A stretch of DNA of 34,288 bases from Candidatus Heimdallarchaeota archaeon. GTDB taxonomy: Archaea > Asgardarchaeota > Heimdallarchaeia > Hodarchaeales > Hodarchaeaceae. Position numbers and translations under genes: made by a program. Under the pieces are notes generated by a model. That model did no database searches. It saw nothing but the letters and a program-made list of their open reading frames with translations, and was not told where the DNA came from. The stretch lies in the NCBI GenBank assembly GCA_048881705.1, contig JBHLSH010000040.1:1-34288 (forward strand), in the 5' to 3' direction. Position 1 is the first letter of the stretch. Every line of letters starts with the position of its first letter. Shown piece after piece: positions 24,523 through 33,289 of this stretch.

Positions 24523-25422
24523 TTGGCATTGGATGTTATACAAATATTCGTCATAGCTATCTATGGTCTTCTCAAGGTTTATGAACAGTGGCTGTTAACA
24601 CCCATCCAACCTCTCGAGTACTTCATACGTCTGTTTCTCTTTTATTGGTTTCTTCAGTTCTTATTGGGTCTGGTACCTTGGCTGGAGAAAATTGTTTACC
24701 AATTGTGCTTCCCCTTTCGCTGGCTCCATGTTTTCTTACATGTCCGCGCAGCTAAACAGGTAACCGAGGAAGTAGAGAAATTACGGAAGGAATCTGACGA
24801 GAGCTATGACAAACTGCTTGATACCAGTAACCTTCGGGCAACGCTGGTCTCTGGCCTCGATACCGCAGATGAAAATCCAGGATTAGTTTTAGGTATCAAT
24901 AGATTACACCATGCCCGTATGATTGCCTTTGCTCCTTTGAGATTTGCATTAGCAACCGCAGCAGTCTTTGTATTGGTCACTTTTGTCTACTTGTATGTCC
25001 CGATCGATCCATTAAAGAAAATGTTTGAAGTGCCTGTCCTGGTTTCACACTTTTATTTTTACATTGGTATTTTTGGAGTTCTATTTCCCTCCCGTAACGA
25101 TATGTTCTATTATTATCATGCGGCGCTTATCAATCTCAACGTTCGTCCCATATGGCTATATTGGTCCTTGGGAGTATATGTGCTTGTGATTTTAGAGATT
25201 CTTTGGCGTACAGAGGATTTTTTCATATCCCTTTTTGTTGCAACTATCGCATTTCACCTTTACATCCTCGGTCTCTTTAGTGTTGCGATTTTTGCTCTAG
25301 GGCGTAAAGCAAGTCCATCAGAGATTTTTTTCTTCCCCTTTGATCGGTTGCGTGATTGGAAGAACATGCAAGAAGAGGGAGCAGATCTTACATTAATGGC
25401 ATTAGAGGATTTGGATTTATAA
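24523..25422 (+). CDS. M50B/DUF3267-like polytopic membrane metalloprotease homolog lacking the catalytic Glu
   Basis: FPFRWLHVFLH (HExxH changed to HVxxH, 24727-24741), IAFAP, LFPSRND, several TM helices. The TTG start directly abuts the upstream stop. Confidence 0.7.
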   Translation: MALDVIQIFVIAIYGLLKVYEQWLLTPIQPLEYFIRLFLFYWFLQFLLGLVPWLEKIVYQLCFPFRWLHVFLHVRAAKQVTEEVEKLRKESDESYDKLLDTSNLRATLVSGLDTADENPGLVLGINRLHHARMIAFAPLRFALATAAVFVLVTFVYLYVPIDPLKKMFEVPVLVSHFYFYIGIFGVLFPSRNDMFYYYHAALINLNVRPIWLYWSLGVYVLVILEILWRTEDFFISLFVATIAFHLYILGLFSVAIFALGRKASPSEIFFFPFDRLRDWKNMQEEGADLTLMALEDLDL

Positions 25423-25472
25423 AGAGGTAAAGACCCAATTATTTATCCTATCGATTCACTAGTTGGCAGGAT

Positions 25473-26207
25473 TTATTGGATATCTGAAAGCGCAGCTAGA
25501 TTCCACTTGGAAGAAAACGGATACTCACCAAATCGAGAAAAAAAAACTTCAAATGAACCATTATCTTTTACGATATAACAATTAATACACGTAAATTCGC
25601 CAATGACTCCTTGGGCATACTGTTTTCCAAAGTGTGAATGAGGAGCGTTCTGATCGGAAGATTGAACAATTAGATGATTTGTAAAGACAATTGGTACTTG
25701 TAGCTGTGAAGCGAGAATTTTCATGTCTAGTAGGTGATCCGCTAGGAGAGCAATCCATTTTGGTTTCTCTTTCCCCATAAAACAGGCTGCATCTAAGGGA
25801 CTACCAACCAAAGTGTCCAGAACGACTAGATCGTATTTTGAGTTTCCCGATTCATCTAAGAATTTTCGAAAGAAAATAATCTGTTCCACGAGCGACTCTG
25901 GTTTTACGATAGAAATCTGATCTAGGTGCTGAGGTTTCTGTATGATTTTTTTTAAGTTTCCTATACGTAAATGCCCGCAAAAGTCGCTGTATAATACTTG
26001 AGCGTCTGAATTCTGCGTCCAAAGTTCCTTTATGATCTGAAGGCAGAACCAGGTTTTTCCTGCCCCACTATCACCAAATATCGAATATAAATAACCTGGA
26101 CGGAGACCACCTGTTACGCGATCTAGGCTCGGGATGCCAAAAGGAAATTTTCCTAGCTGATTCCATTGGGAGATTATATCACGCAAACTCGTGATCTTCA
26201 ACATCAC
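25473..26207 (-). CDS. Rad51/RadA paralog (RecA-fold ATPase, no N-terminal HhH domain)
   Basis: FGIPSLDRVTGGLRPG, Walker A GDSGAGKT, VLYSD, Walker B LVVLDT, PIVFTNH. It lacks the RadB KHR motif. Confidence 0.85.
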   Translation of the reverse strand: MMLKITSLRDIISQWNQLGKFPFGIPSLDRVTGGLRPGYLYSIFGDSGAGKTWFCLQIIKELWTQNSDAQVLYSDFCGHLRIGNLKKIIQKPQHLDQISIVKPESLVEQIIFFRKFLDESGNSKYDLVVLDTLVGSPLDAACFMGKEKPKWIALLADHLLDMKILASQLQVPIVFTNHLIVQSSDQNAPHSHFGKQYAQGVIGEFTCINCYIVKDNGSFEVFFSRFGEYPFSSKWNLAALSDIQ

Positions 26208-26661
26208 TTTTCACTTCCACGACGGTTATGTCAGAGTGGATTCTACTCCCTCTGAGATCGCTCTCTGCCAAAAAAAATACTTGCATTCTCGTACAGAGGT
26301 AGTTTAAACCCATAAACGCTTCATTTGAAAAATTACGGATATATTTCGGCAGATGTATTATCATGGTTTTGAATCCCAGGTTTGCGGCGGCATGGAGTCT
26401 TTTTGTGGCAAAAAGGATGTGGTAGGTCTCAAAACGAGGAATCTGAAGAAAAAAGAGAGAGTTTACCAATTGAGCCTTTTTTGCTACATGCAAAGCCTGC
26501 AGAAAAATGGGAAGTGGGATAGTGCGATAGTCTACCCACAATATTTGTGCTCTTAATAATGGCAACCACTCAGGACTAAGTAACAGTTTCACTAAGCTCA
26601 AATAATTACCTTGCAATAACTTTGGGGGAGAAATCGAGGAAGTTCTTTGCACCTTCTCCAC
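26179..26661 (-). CDS. Degenerate RecA-fold protein without Walker A
   Basis: The strand/helix order ILWVD - NSLFFLQIP - FKTMIIH - LNYLCTRMQVFFLAE parallels the RecA core. It overlaps the Rad51 paralog by 29 nt. Confidence 0.55.
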   Translation of the reverse strand: MEKVQRTSSISPPKLLQGNYLSLVKLLLSPEWLPLLRAQILWVDYRTIPLPIFLQALHVAKKAQLVNSLFFLQIPRFETYHILFATKRLHAAANLGFKTMIIHLPKYIRNFSNEAFMGLNYLCTRMQVFFLAESDLRGSRIHSDITVVEVKSDVEDHEFA

Positions 26662-26663
26662 CG

Positions 26664-27737
26664 CTAGACTTTCTTTTCTGTTCTTATCTCAAGAAGGGCC
26701 TCAGGTGTGTCTGCTAAATTCTCCTGAAATACATACCAATAAGGAATACCAAATAGACCAATAATAAGCACTAACCACATTAATGGGGCAGGAATTGGGT
26801 GGGGGGGTAGCTCCATAAATGGGAAAATATCTGATCTGGGGCCAACCTGACCTGAGATTTGAATTGACATTCTAACCAGGATAGGTTCTGTTGTCTCTAT
26901 GATTTCGGGTGAAATCATGATGGCTATGGAATAAATGGGTACTTGACGATTAAACACAAGATTCTGAGCAATTCCTATCTGGTGATTACCGTCAAAATGG
27001 GTAGTTTGGCCTTCAATAGTAACGGAATCGATACCAATCCCTTCAACGGACAGATTTACCTGTGTTTCGAGCATTTGGGAGGCGGGATCTTCAATGAGGA
27101 CCGTAAGGAGGCCAGTACCGAGCAGTTTTGTACGCGACCATTGGTATTTCAAGACATTTGGCTGAATCTGGAAATTTCGTTCAGCCCCCAGTATTGGTAG
27201 GACTTTCCATTCCGTCGCTGAACTAGGTTGAAACCCCAATATCGCGGCTTCTAGGATCCGCACGTTTATACCTGGATTATTCCAAGAAAACCCTCCATCA
27301 AAGTTCAAAACGATTTCTAGCTCGTAGTAGGTCTGAGGAGTATGATTAAGGGGGAGTAGCAAGGATTGGGGCAATTCAAACTGATATGCTAGCGCTCGAA
27401 CTCCGATGCTATCCCGAATCTCTTCATATTGCTTGAAGACACCTTCTGAAATATCACCATTAAGATTCACAGTCACGAGAATCTGATCTAACTCATCACC
27501 GATGTTTTGAAGGGTAATGTTGAGTAAAACACGTTCCCACACCTCTGAAAAACTTACGGTTGTATAGAACTTATAGTGGCCTTCAGTTATTTGGACAGAC
27601 CAACCCAGATCCACTATTTCGCTTCTCAACGCTTCGACATCAGACGGGGTGGCCTTAACTGGGTTTGCCACAAATAGACCAAAACCGGACGTACTCATGA
27701 TTAAGAGTAGCGTAACCAAAGTAAATCCATTAGACAT
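26664..27737 (-). CDS. Type I membrane protein with beta-rich extracellular domain
   Basis: Signal peptide ending NPVKA, C-terminal TM (LMWLVLIIGLFGIPYWYVF), acidic tail. ATG 27737 lies 4 nt after the upstream stop and is preferred to 27776. Confidence 0.75.
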   Translation of the reverse strand: MSNGFTLVTLLLIMSTSGFGLFVANPVKATPSDVEALRSEIVDLGWSVQITEGHYKFYTTVSFSEVWERVLLNITLQNIGDELDQILVTVNLNGDISEGVFKQYEEIRDSIGVRALAYQFELPQSLLLPLNHTPQTYYELEIVLNFDGGFSWNNPGINVRILEAAILGFQPSSATEWKVLPILGAERNFQIQPNVLKYQWSRTKLLGTGLLTVLIEDPASQMLETQVNLSVEGIGIDSVTIEGQTTHFDGNHQIGIAQNLVFNRQVPIYSIAIMISPEIIETTEPILVRMSIQISGQVGPRSDIFPFMELPPHPIPAPLMWLVLIIGLFGIPYWYVFQENLADTPEALLEIRTEKKV

Positions 27738-27741
27738 AACG

Positions 27742-28317
27742 CTACGGCCCCCCTGATAAGAAAGTTGTGAGGACAAGTAGTGTTAGATTGAAAATTGCTC
27801 CCCCTATCCCAATACGAGATATTTTTTCATTCTGTGCAAGATCATTGAATGATGTGTACCCTAGTCGGAGCTTTCGGACTGTACGAATCTCTACCCACCT
27901 ATAATGCCTAATTGGATGATTTGTAATGGTGGATTTAGTGCCAAGGGGAATACCTTCCTTGTTAAAGGCGTCAAGTAGAAGGTGCGAGTACCAACCCACC
28001 AAACTGCCAACGAAAAGGAAATTCACAAGGGGAGATTCAATAATTTGGTCAATATACCACAGAGGAAAAAAATAGATGCCAGTCCACGGGGAATGGGTTA
28101 GAGGATGTCGATATCGACGTAGGAGAACCCCGTTATGATCCCATCGGGCACCTACTCGACGATCCAACCAGTTTGGCAATAAACTCAAGCAAGCCACCGC
28201 GAACGCTAATAGGGAAAATCCCCAGGCTAATTGCATTTGCTCAGCCCGCACAACGAAATAGAATATTAATAAGTGGATCAACCCAAGAGCAAAGAGGTAA
28301 TGTGTGAGACTTTTCAC
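27742..28317 (-). CDS. YdjM/DUF457/DUF1286-like membrane metal-dependent hydrolase
   Basis: THYLFALG, LPNWLDR, RHPLTHS, SHLLLDAFNKEGIP. GTGA start/stop overlap with the upstream gene. Confidence 0.78.
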   Translation of the reverse strand: MKSLTHYLFALGLIHLLIFYFVVRAEQMQLAWGFSLLAFAVACLSLLPNWLDRRVGARWDHNGVLLRRYRHPLTHSPWTGIYFFPLWYIDQIIESPLVNFLFVGSLVGWYSHLLLDAFNKEGIPLGTKSTITNHPIRHYRWVEIRTVRKLRLGYTSFNDLAQNEKISRIGIGGAIFNLTLLVLTTFLSGGP

Positions 28318-31300
28318 AGACTCCCTTCCTTACGACGGTTGATCACTAGGTTGCCTGTAGAAATCATCACAACTAAAACAATAGCACCAATTACTATTTG
28401 GGGAAAAAGTTCGTCGTTGAAAGGAACAGACGATTGGTTACTACCAGAAGAAGGATTCGCATTGGTAGAATTTACCTCTGACTCCCCTTCAACAGTAAAA
28501 GGTCCTATAACGCGCACCTGTTCTTGCCCAATATCGTCTGTTGCGACAATTCGAAAGGAATATGTTCCTATATCCAACCAAACCGTAAACGTATAAGTTT
28601 GGCCAGACCTGTGCGAAGGATATTGATCTCCATTAACCTCCAAAAAAACCGCAGTAACCTGATAATCATCAGTTACGTCTACTGTGACTTGAACATTACC
28701 TCCATCCTCTTGAAAATTCGCTTGCTGAATAGTACTATTCCCGATCACAGGTGGGGAGTCTGTTGCATTAAATGTCCCCAGTATAATCCTTTGGGCACCA
28801 TGAATATCAGAAATTACAAGTGAATAATTCCATAATGTTCGTGCGAGCAGGGGTGAACGGAAAATCCATCTCTGTGTCGTGCTTCCAATGGATTCATAGA
28901 TCAGGACACCTGTCACATTTAGGGCGCTTTCATCATTTATGAGTTCAAGGTAGACTGCTGAGGTGTCTATTGATGCATTTTCCTTATTGACAAGTATCGT
29001 GAGAGTAAAGTTTTGCCTTGCTTTCGCATAATTATCAATGAAGATATTGGGAGCAAACCATGAAGTGTAATAGGTACTTGAATGAGAGGGACTACCTAGG
29101 TCCCAAGGATACCATACCATGAGGATTATTGAGAGATTCTGAGGCATTATGTGAATTTGGCCCTCATACCTGTTCCAGATTGCCTGGTAGGTAAGAGGGT
29201 AGTTCTGTCCATTTATCTCAATTGTCACCTGATCTATTGGGAGTCCGATGGTATCCACCTCTACTTGCGCTTCATAATACACGGACTGCCACGTAAAATC
29301 AAATGAAGCGACGGTAGGCGCAGGAGGATACCACGTTACGGTGAAATGACGCATGTCATACTCGCCCAAAGTGGTACGGGCGTATAAAGTGATTCCCCAG
29401 ATCCCAGGAAATGGAAGCTGAAAATCTAGGGTATAATTCTGGGTGAAAAAATCCCATTGTAAGTCGCCAACATAAGATCCATTTCGCCAAACCCCTACAC
29501 TCTCGAAATCAGGGTTGTTTTGTAAAAGGGTTTGAACGTTGTAGCTACCAGCACCATCTACTTCCACCAAACGAGGGTCAATCAATAGATCAGCGGAGGG
29601 GACAATGGAAAAGTCTACTGTTTGGTGAACATTATTCCCTGCCTCGTCAAAAGCATACGCTGTGAGTTGATATTGACCAACTGTCAAATTATAAGCCATT
29701 GGGAGAGTATAGGTCTGATTTGTCGTATGGAGCCCTGAGATGAAATAGAGAATTGTAGCTCCATCAGAGGAGATAGATAAGTTAAAGTCTCCAATGTAGC
29801 TTTGGTTAAACGGGGTATCAATTTGTAGAATAGGTGGAATAGTATCAATGGAAAAACTGACCTGTTGGGTTATATTGTTAGATACCATATCTTCTACGGT
29901 TATTTTGAGAAGGTGACTCCCCTCGGACAGACTTTGGAATATAGAGGGGTATGGAGAGGGAACTGTGTTACCATCCAACCAGACTGAAACCTGGGTACCA
30001 TCCGTAAGAAAGGAAAATTGAACGTCTGAGGAAACATATGACGTATTTATGGGACTAATGATTCCCAAGGAGGGAGCAGTTGTGTCAACGGTGAAATCTG
30101 CAAATACGTGGGTCATTAAACCCCATTGGTTCACCCCATACGCATGTAGGGTATAACTACCTTCAACCAATGAGCGATACACAGTTTTATCCCATGTAAC
30201 GTTGTCAGAATCTACAGTATCGATGAAATACAAATAATTCTGGGCATTTCCGTCCAAAAAAACAGGAAAGATCCCTCCTACTGTGGTGGTGTGCGCAGGA
30301 CTGAGAATATTTACAACTGGAGGTTCTGGTTTCACCTCTAGATACATCATAGGACTCAAAGCCTCTTGGAAATACCCTGATGAGGGAGCTTGTACTTGGA
30401 GGGCATACATTCCAGGTTGATTGAATTGGATGTAGAAGTCATAACGACCCGCGCCATTTGTTACGTCTACCACACTCGAAGTGCCATTGACATATAATAC
30501 AGCATCATGAGCAGTCAGAGGGCCCGTGATCTCCCCAAGGACTAGTCCATCTAGATGAACGGTCACATTTATTGTAGTCGTGGCAGGAGAAGTTAAGGAG
30601 ACAGCCACTTCTTCATAAACTGCAATGAGATTTTGAGTCTCTCGTAAGTAAACGTAGGTGTCATTACAACGAACCATGATATTCTTGGACCCGCGACTAG
30701 TGAAAGTATGACTGTACGGAGTCGGACCTCCACCTCCTCCAACCCAATTCTGCCAAAGGATCCCTTCTATCCAAATTTGATAACGTTCCGAGCTGTTCAC
30801 GGTAAAGTAGTAGGGATCATTAACACTTCCAATACCTGATCCGATAACTGTAAGGTCGGATATGACCCACATGGTACTAGAATCGTACTTGGTATCGCTG
30901 GGGCCTTGCGCGCGGATTGTAAATCCACCCTTATAATAGGGCGTGGACCAATTAAATGTGCCCTGCCCAAAGCCATTGAGTTGAGTTGTTCCAATTACAA
31001 ACCAGCTAGGTTCGCCATTTTTCTGCCAACTCAAGTCGATCAAATCATTAAGACCGCCCTCGAGGGTGATTATGGTCCAATTATTTGCCACCACCTCGGT
31101 AGCGATCATCACGGAGAGAGGAGGCCGTACGGTGAAGCTGAGAATAGGCGTGTTGGTTGCTCCACGATAGAATCGGGGGATATTTCCCGTGTAGGAAACT
31201 TCGACGAAGTGGAGGCCAATTTGGGTTGATCGGGAGATGAAGTAGTCAGAGATAAAGATACCGTTGGCGTCTGTTTGTGCTGTTCCTAAAAAGACCCCTG

Positions 31301-33110
31301 AAGTGGTATCTGTCAAACTAACCTCCTCAAAATAAACCGGATTCCCAATTTCATCCAATAGTTCTCCCCATATTCGAAGTGTGTGTCCTTTCACCACCTC
31401 TGAGGCATTCTGACCAGTCGCATTGAAGGTCGGATTAGAGATTATGCTAAGGTTGAAGATTTCTACATGCGCATCATAGTTAAGAGATCCAAGATAGTGA
31501 ATCTGGTATTTACTAACCCCCAAAACATGATTGGGTTCTATATAGAAGTAAAAGTCCAATCCCGGGGCTGCATTCTTAGTTTCGATAGCGGTACCATTGG
31601 AGAATTCAAGTACGATTTGACCCTCAATTAATGCTACCCCACCGGAAAGTACAGTTGCGGTGATAGTGGTAGTTGTCGCACGATCAACTATCCCTGTTCC
31701 ATAGTCTAGATCAATTGTGGTGATACCTTTGATCGTGACCATGACCTCCACTTGCTGATCTAGGATATCAGATGGTGTGTTGAATGTCCTTAATCCATAC
31801 TTATGGAACCCTACGGTGGCATTGCTCGGGATTTGGGATGTAAATATCACAAACCCGTTAATATCCAATGTTCGGTTCTCCAATGAACGATACCCATCTG
31901 TCACATCTATCAGTTCTACGTCCCCAAAAACAGGTCTAGTCCAAACATCTTCCTCTGTGACGTAAACTGAAAACTTTATCGTCTCATTGTGTCTATATAT
32001 GCTCGAATTGGTTGTCGGATCTATACGGGCGTTATCTACGATAACTAATCCTTGACTGATGTTGTCGTATATATTGGATCCACTTGCATCGGTCAAAACC
32101 GTGAAAATAGTCAACAAACCTAACGTAACGGAGCTATTGGGAGAAAAGGTAAACATAACGTCCCTTGAAGTTAAAATAATCTGGTTTATGGTTATCCTCT
32201 TTCCCCCGCGGAAATAATACGACTCTAAAGGAAGACCCACGGGATAATCTCCTACCACCGTGATATTAAATTCGGATGTTTCCGCATTTCGTTGAATTGT
32301 GGTTTGGTTCACTCGTTGAACCAGAGAGAATCCATCCCCTTCGATTTGGACGCCGAACCATGAGGAAAACGCTGGGGCCGTCCCGCTTAATCCGGACCCC
32401 GTATAATTTGCAATGAAATAGTTCAGACCAACAGGGGAGAATTCTGGGATGGGGTAACTAAAACTATGCGTTAACACTGTGGGATTACTGTCAGGATAGT
32501 AGAACGGGAGGGGACCGTATGTGTAGATAGTGGGGGTTCCTGATAAATTCTGGTTGGTCACAGAAAGATAACCCCCTTCAAAATACCAGTTTTCGAGGAT
32601 GGAGAGCGTCAGCGTAAAACTTACGGTGCCATTCTTATGAGCCACAGTCGAATTAGCATCTAGGTCCAAGAATGGAGATTGTTGGGTTCCAGGTGTTATG
32701 TCCTCTACAAAGACCTTACAGGTTCCCGAACTCGTTTGATAGCCAGGAAATCCCTGAAAATCAGCCCGAAAGATATGGGTACCAGGAGTGGAAAGGCTCC
32801 ATGGCCAAGTGCTAGTGATGCTTCCACTCACTAAGCTAATGACATCCGTTTGAGTAGAATTGAGATGAGTAATAAGAACTGAACCCGTTGGAACCGGATC
32901 CACCCCTGCATAAACAATGACGGTAAAAACTGGAGGTTCGCTTGTTCCAACAACCCCAGTGTCGCTCAAAAGAGTGGTAGTGGTACTTAAAGGAGCCGCA
33001 AGGATAGATGTGGAGCTTGAAAGAACAACAATTACACTTACAATAACCCAGAGTAAAAATCCTCTTTGTAGTTTATTTTCATGCTTCATGTTAGCAGAGC
33101 CATTGAACAT
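28314..33110 (-). CDS. 1598-aa cell-surface protein with tandem Ig-like domains
   Basis: Signal peptide, beta-strand-rich repeats, many NxS/T sequons, Ser/Asn linker, C-terminal TM + RRK tail. No catalytic motif recognised. Confidence 0.88.
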   Translation of the reverse strand: MFNGSANMKHENKLQRGFLLWVIVSVIVVLSSSTSILAAPLSTTTTLLSDTGVVGTSEPPVFTVIVYAGVDPVPTGSVLITHLNSTQTDVISLVSGSITSTWPWSLSTPGTHIFRADFQGFPGYQTSSGTCKVFVEDITPGTQQSPFLDLDANSTVAHKNGTVSFTLTLSILENWYFEGGYLSVTNQNLSGTPTIYTYGPLPFYYPDSNPTVLTHSFSYPIPEFSPVGLNYFIANYTGSGLSGTAPAFSSWFGVQIEGDGFSLVQRVNQTTIQRNAETSEFNITVVGDYPVGLPLESYYFRGGKRITINQIILTSRDVMFTFSPNSSVTLGLLTIFTVLTDASGSNIYDNISQGLVIVDNARIDPTTNSSIYRHNETIKFSVYVTEEDVWTRPVFGDVELIDVTDGYRSLENRTLDINGFVIFTSQIPSNATVGFHKYGLRTFNTPSDILDQQVEVMVTIKGITTIDLDYGTGIVDRATTTTITATVLSGGVALIEGQIVLEFSNGTAIETKNAAPGLDFYFYIEPNHVLGVSKYQIHYLGSLNYDAHVEIFNLSIISNPTFNATGQNASEVVKGHTLRIWGELLDEIGNPVYFEEVSLTDTTSGVFLGTAQTDANGIFISDYFISRSTQIGLHFVEVSYTGNIPRFYRGATNTPILSFTVRPPLSVMIATEVVANNWTIITLEGGLNDLIDLSWQKNGEPSWFVIGTTQLNGFGQGTFNWSTPYYKGGFTIRAQGPSDTKYDSSTMWVISDLTVIGSGIGSVNDPYYFTVNSSERYQIWIEGILWQNWVGGGGGPTPYSHTFTSRGSKNIMVRCNDTYVYLRETQNLIAVYEEVAVSLTSPATTTINVTVHLDGLVLGEITGPLTAHDAVLYVNGTSSVVDVTNGAGRYDFYIQFNQPGMYALQVQAPSSGYFQEALSPMMYLEVKPEPPVVNILSPAHTTTVGGIFPVFLDGNAQNYLYFIDTVDSDNVTWDKTVYRSLVEGSYTLHAYGVNQWGLMTHVFADFTVDTTAPSLGIISPINTSYVSSDVQFSFLTDGTQVSVWLDGNTVPSPYPSIFQSLSEGSHLLKITVEDMVSNNITQQVSFSIDTIPPILQIDTPFNQSYIGDFNLSISSDGATILYFISGLHTTNQTYTLPMAYNLTVGQYQLTAYAFDEAGNNVHQTVDFSIVPSADLLIDPRLVEVDGAGSYNVQTLLQNNPDFESVGVWRNGSYVGDLQWDFFTQNYTLDFQLPFPGIWGITLYARTTLGEYDMRHFTVTWYPPAPTVASFDFTWQSVYYEAQVEVDTIGLPIDQVTIEINGQNYPLTYQAIWNRYEGQIHIMPQNLSIILMVWYPWDLGSPSHSSTYYTSWFAPNIFIDNYAKARQNFTLTILVNKENASIDTSAVYLELINDESALNVTGVLIYESIGSTTQRWIFRSPLLARTLWNYSLVISDIHGAQRIILGTFNATDSPPVIGNSTIQQANFQEDGGNVQVTVDVTDDYQVTAVFLEVNGDQYPSHRSGQTYTFTVWLDIGTYSFRIVATDDIGQEQVRVIGPFTVEGESEVNSTNANPSSGSNQSSVPFNDELFPQIVIGAIVLVVMISTGNLVINRRKEGSL
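29597..30330 (-). repeat. Three tandem ~80-aa Ig-like modules within the surface protein (approximate bounds)
   Basis: PPVVNILSP, DTTAPSLGIISPINTSY and DTIPPILQIDTPFNQSY recur about 240 nt apart. They are followed by EGSYTLHAY, EGSHLLKIT and VGQYQLTAY respectively. Confidence 0.6.
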
Positions 33111-33159
33111 TTCTCATAATACCTCTGTCTGAGTTTTCCCCCTTCCAATGGATGAGTCC

Positions 33160-33211
33160 TTTAAATAGGCGAAAGTGTAGAAGGGGTGATTCTAGTTTTC
33201 TACTATTTAAA
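33160..33211. promoter_or_regulatory. Pair of inverted TATA-like boxes in the divergent promoter
   Basis: TTTAAATAG (33160-33168) and CTATTTAAA (33203-33211) are perfect reverse complements, 34 bp apart. Confidence 0.4.
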
Positions 33212-33289
33212 CAACGCAAAGGATGGATAGCGGAATGGTCTGACTTCGAAAAAAGGAGTCAGCTGTAACTCAACCGAGGTAAACCAATC

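Noticed and set aside
22289-25422. Calling the three degenerate enzymes pseudogenes
   Set aside because: The ORFs are full-length and uninterrupted, with tight coupling and preserved structural residues. They are kept as CDS pending a dN/dS test.
25473-26207. Assigning the symbol radB
   Set aside because: The RadB-specific KHR motif is absent, so it is left as an unnamed paralog.
2845-33132. Other short track ORFs nested in or antisense to larger genes (e.g. 3391..3630, 5799..6095, 14361..14777, 18405..18647, 28273..28596, 30906..31229)
   Set aside because: They overlap well-supported genes and have no motifs or translation signals.
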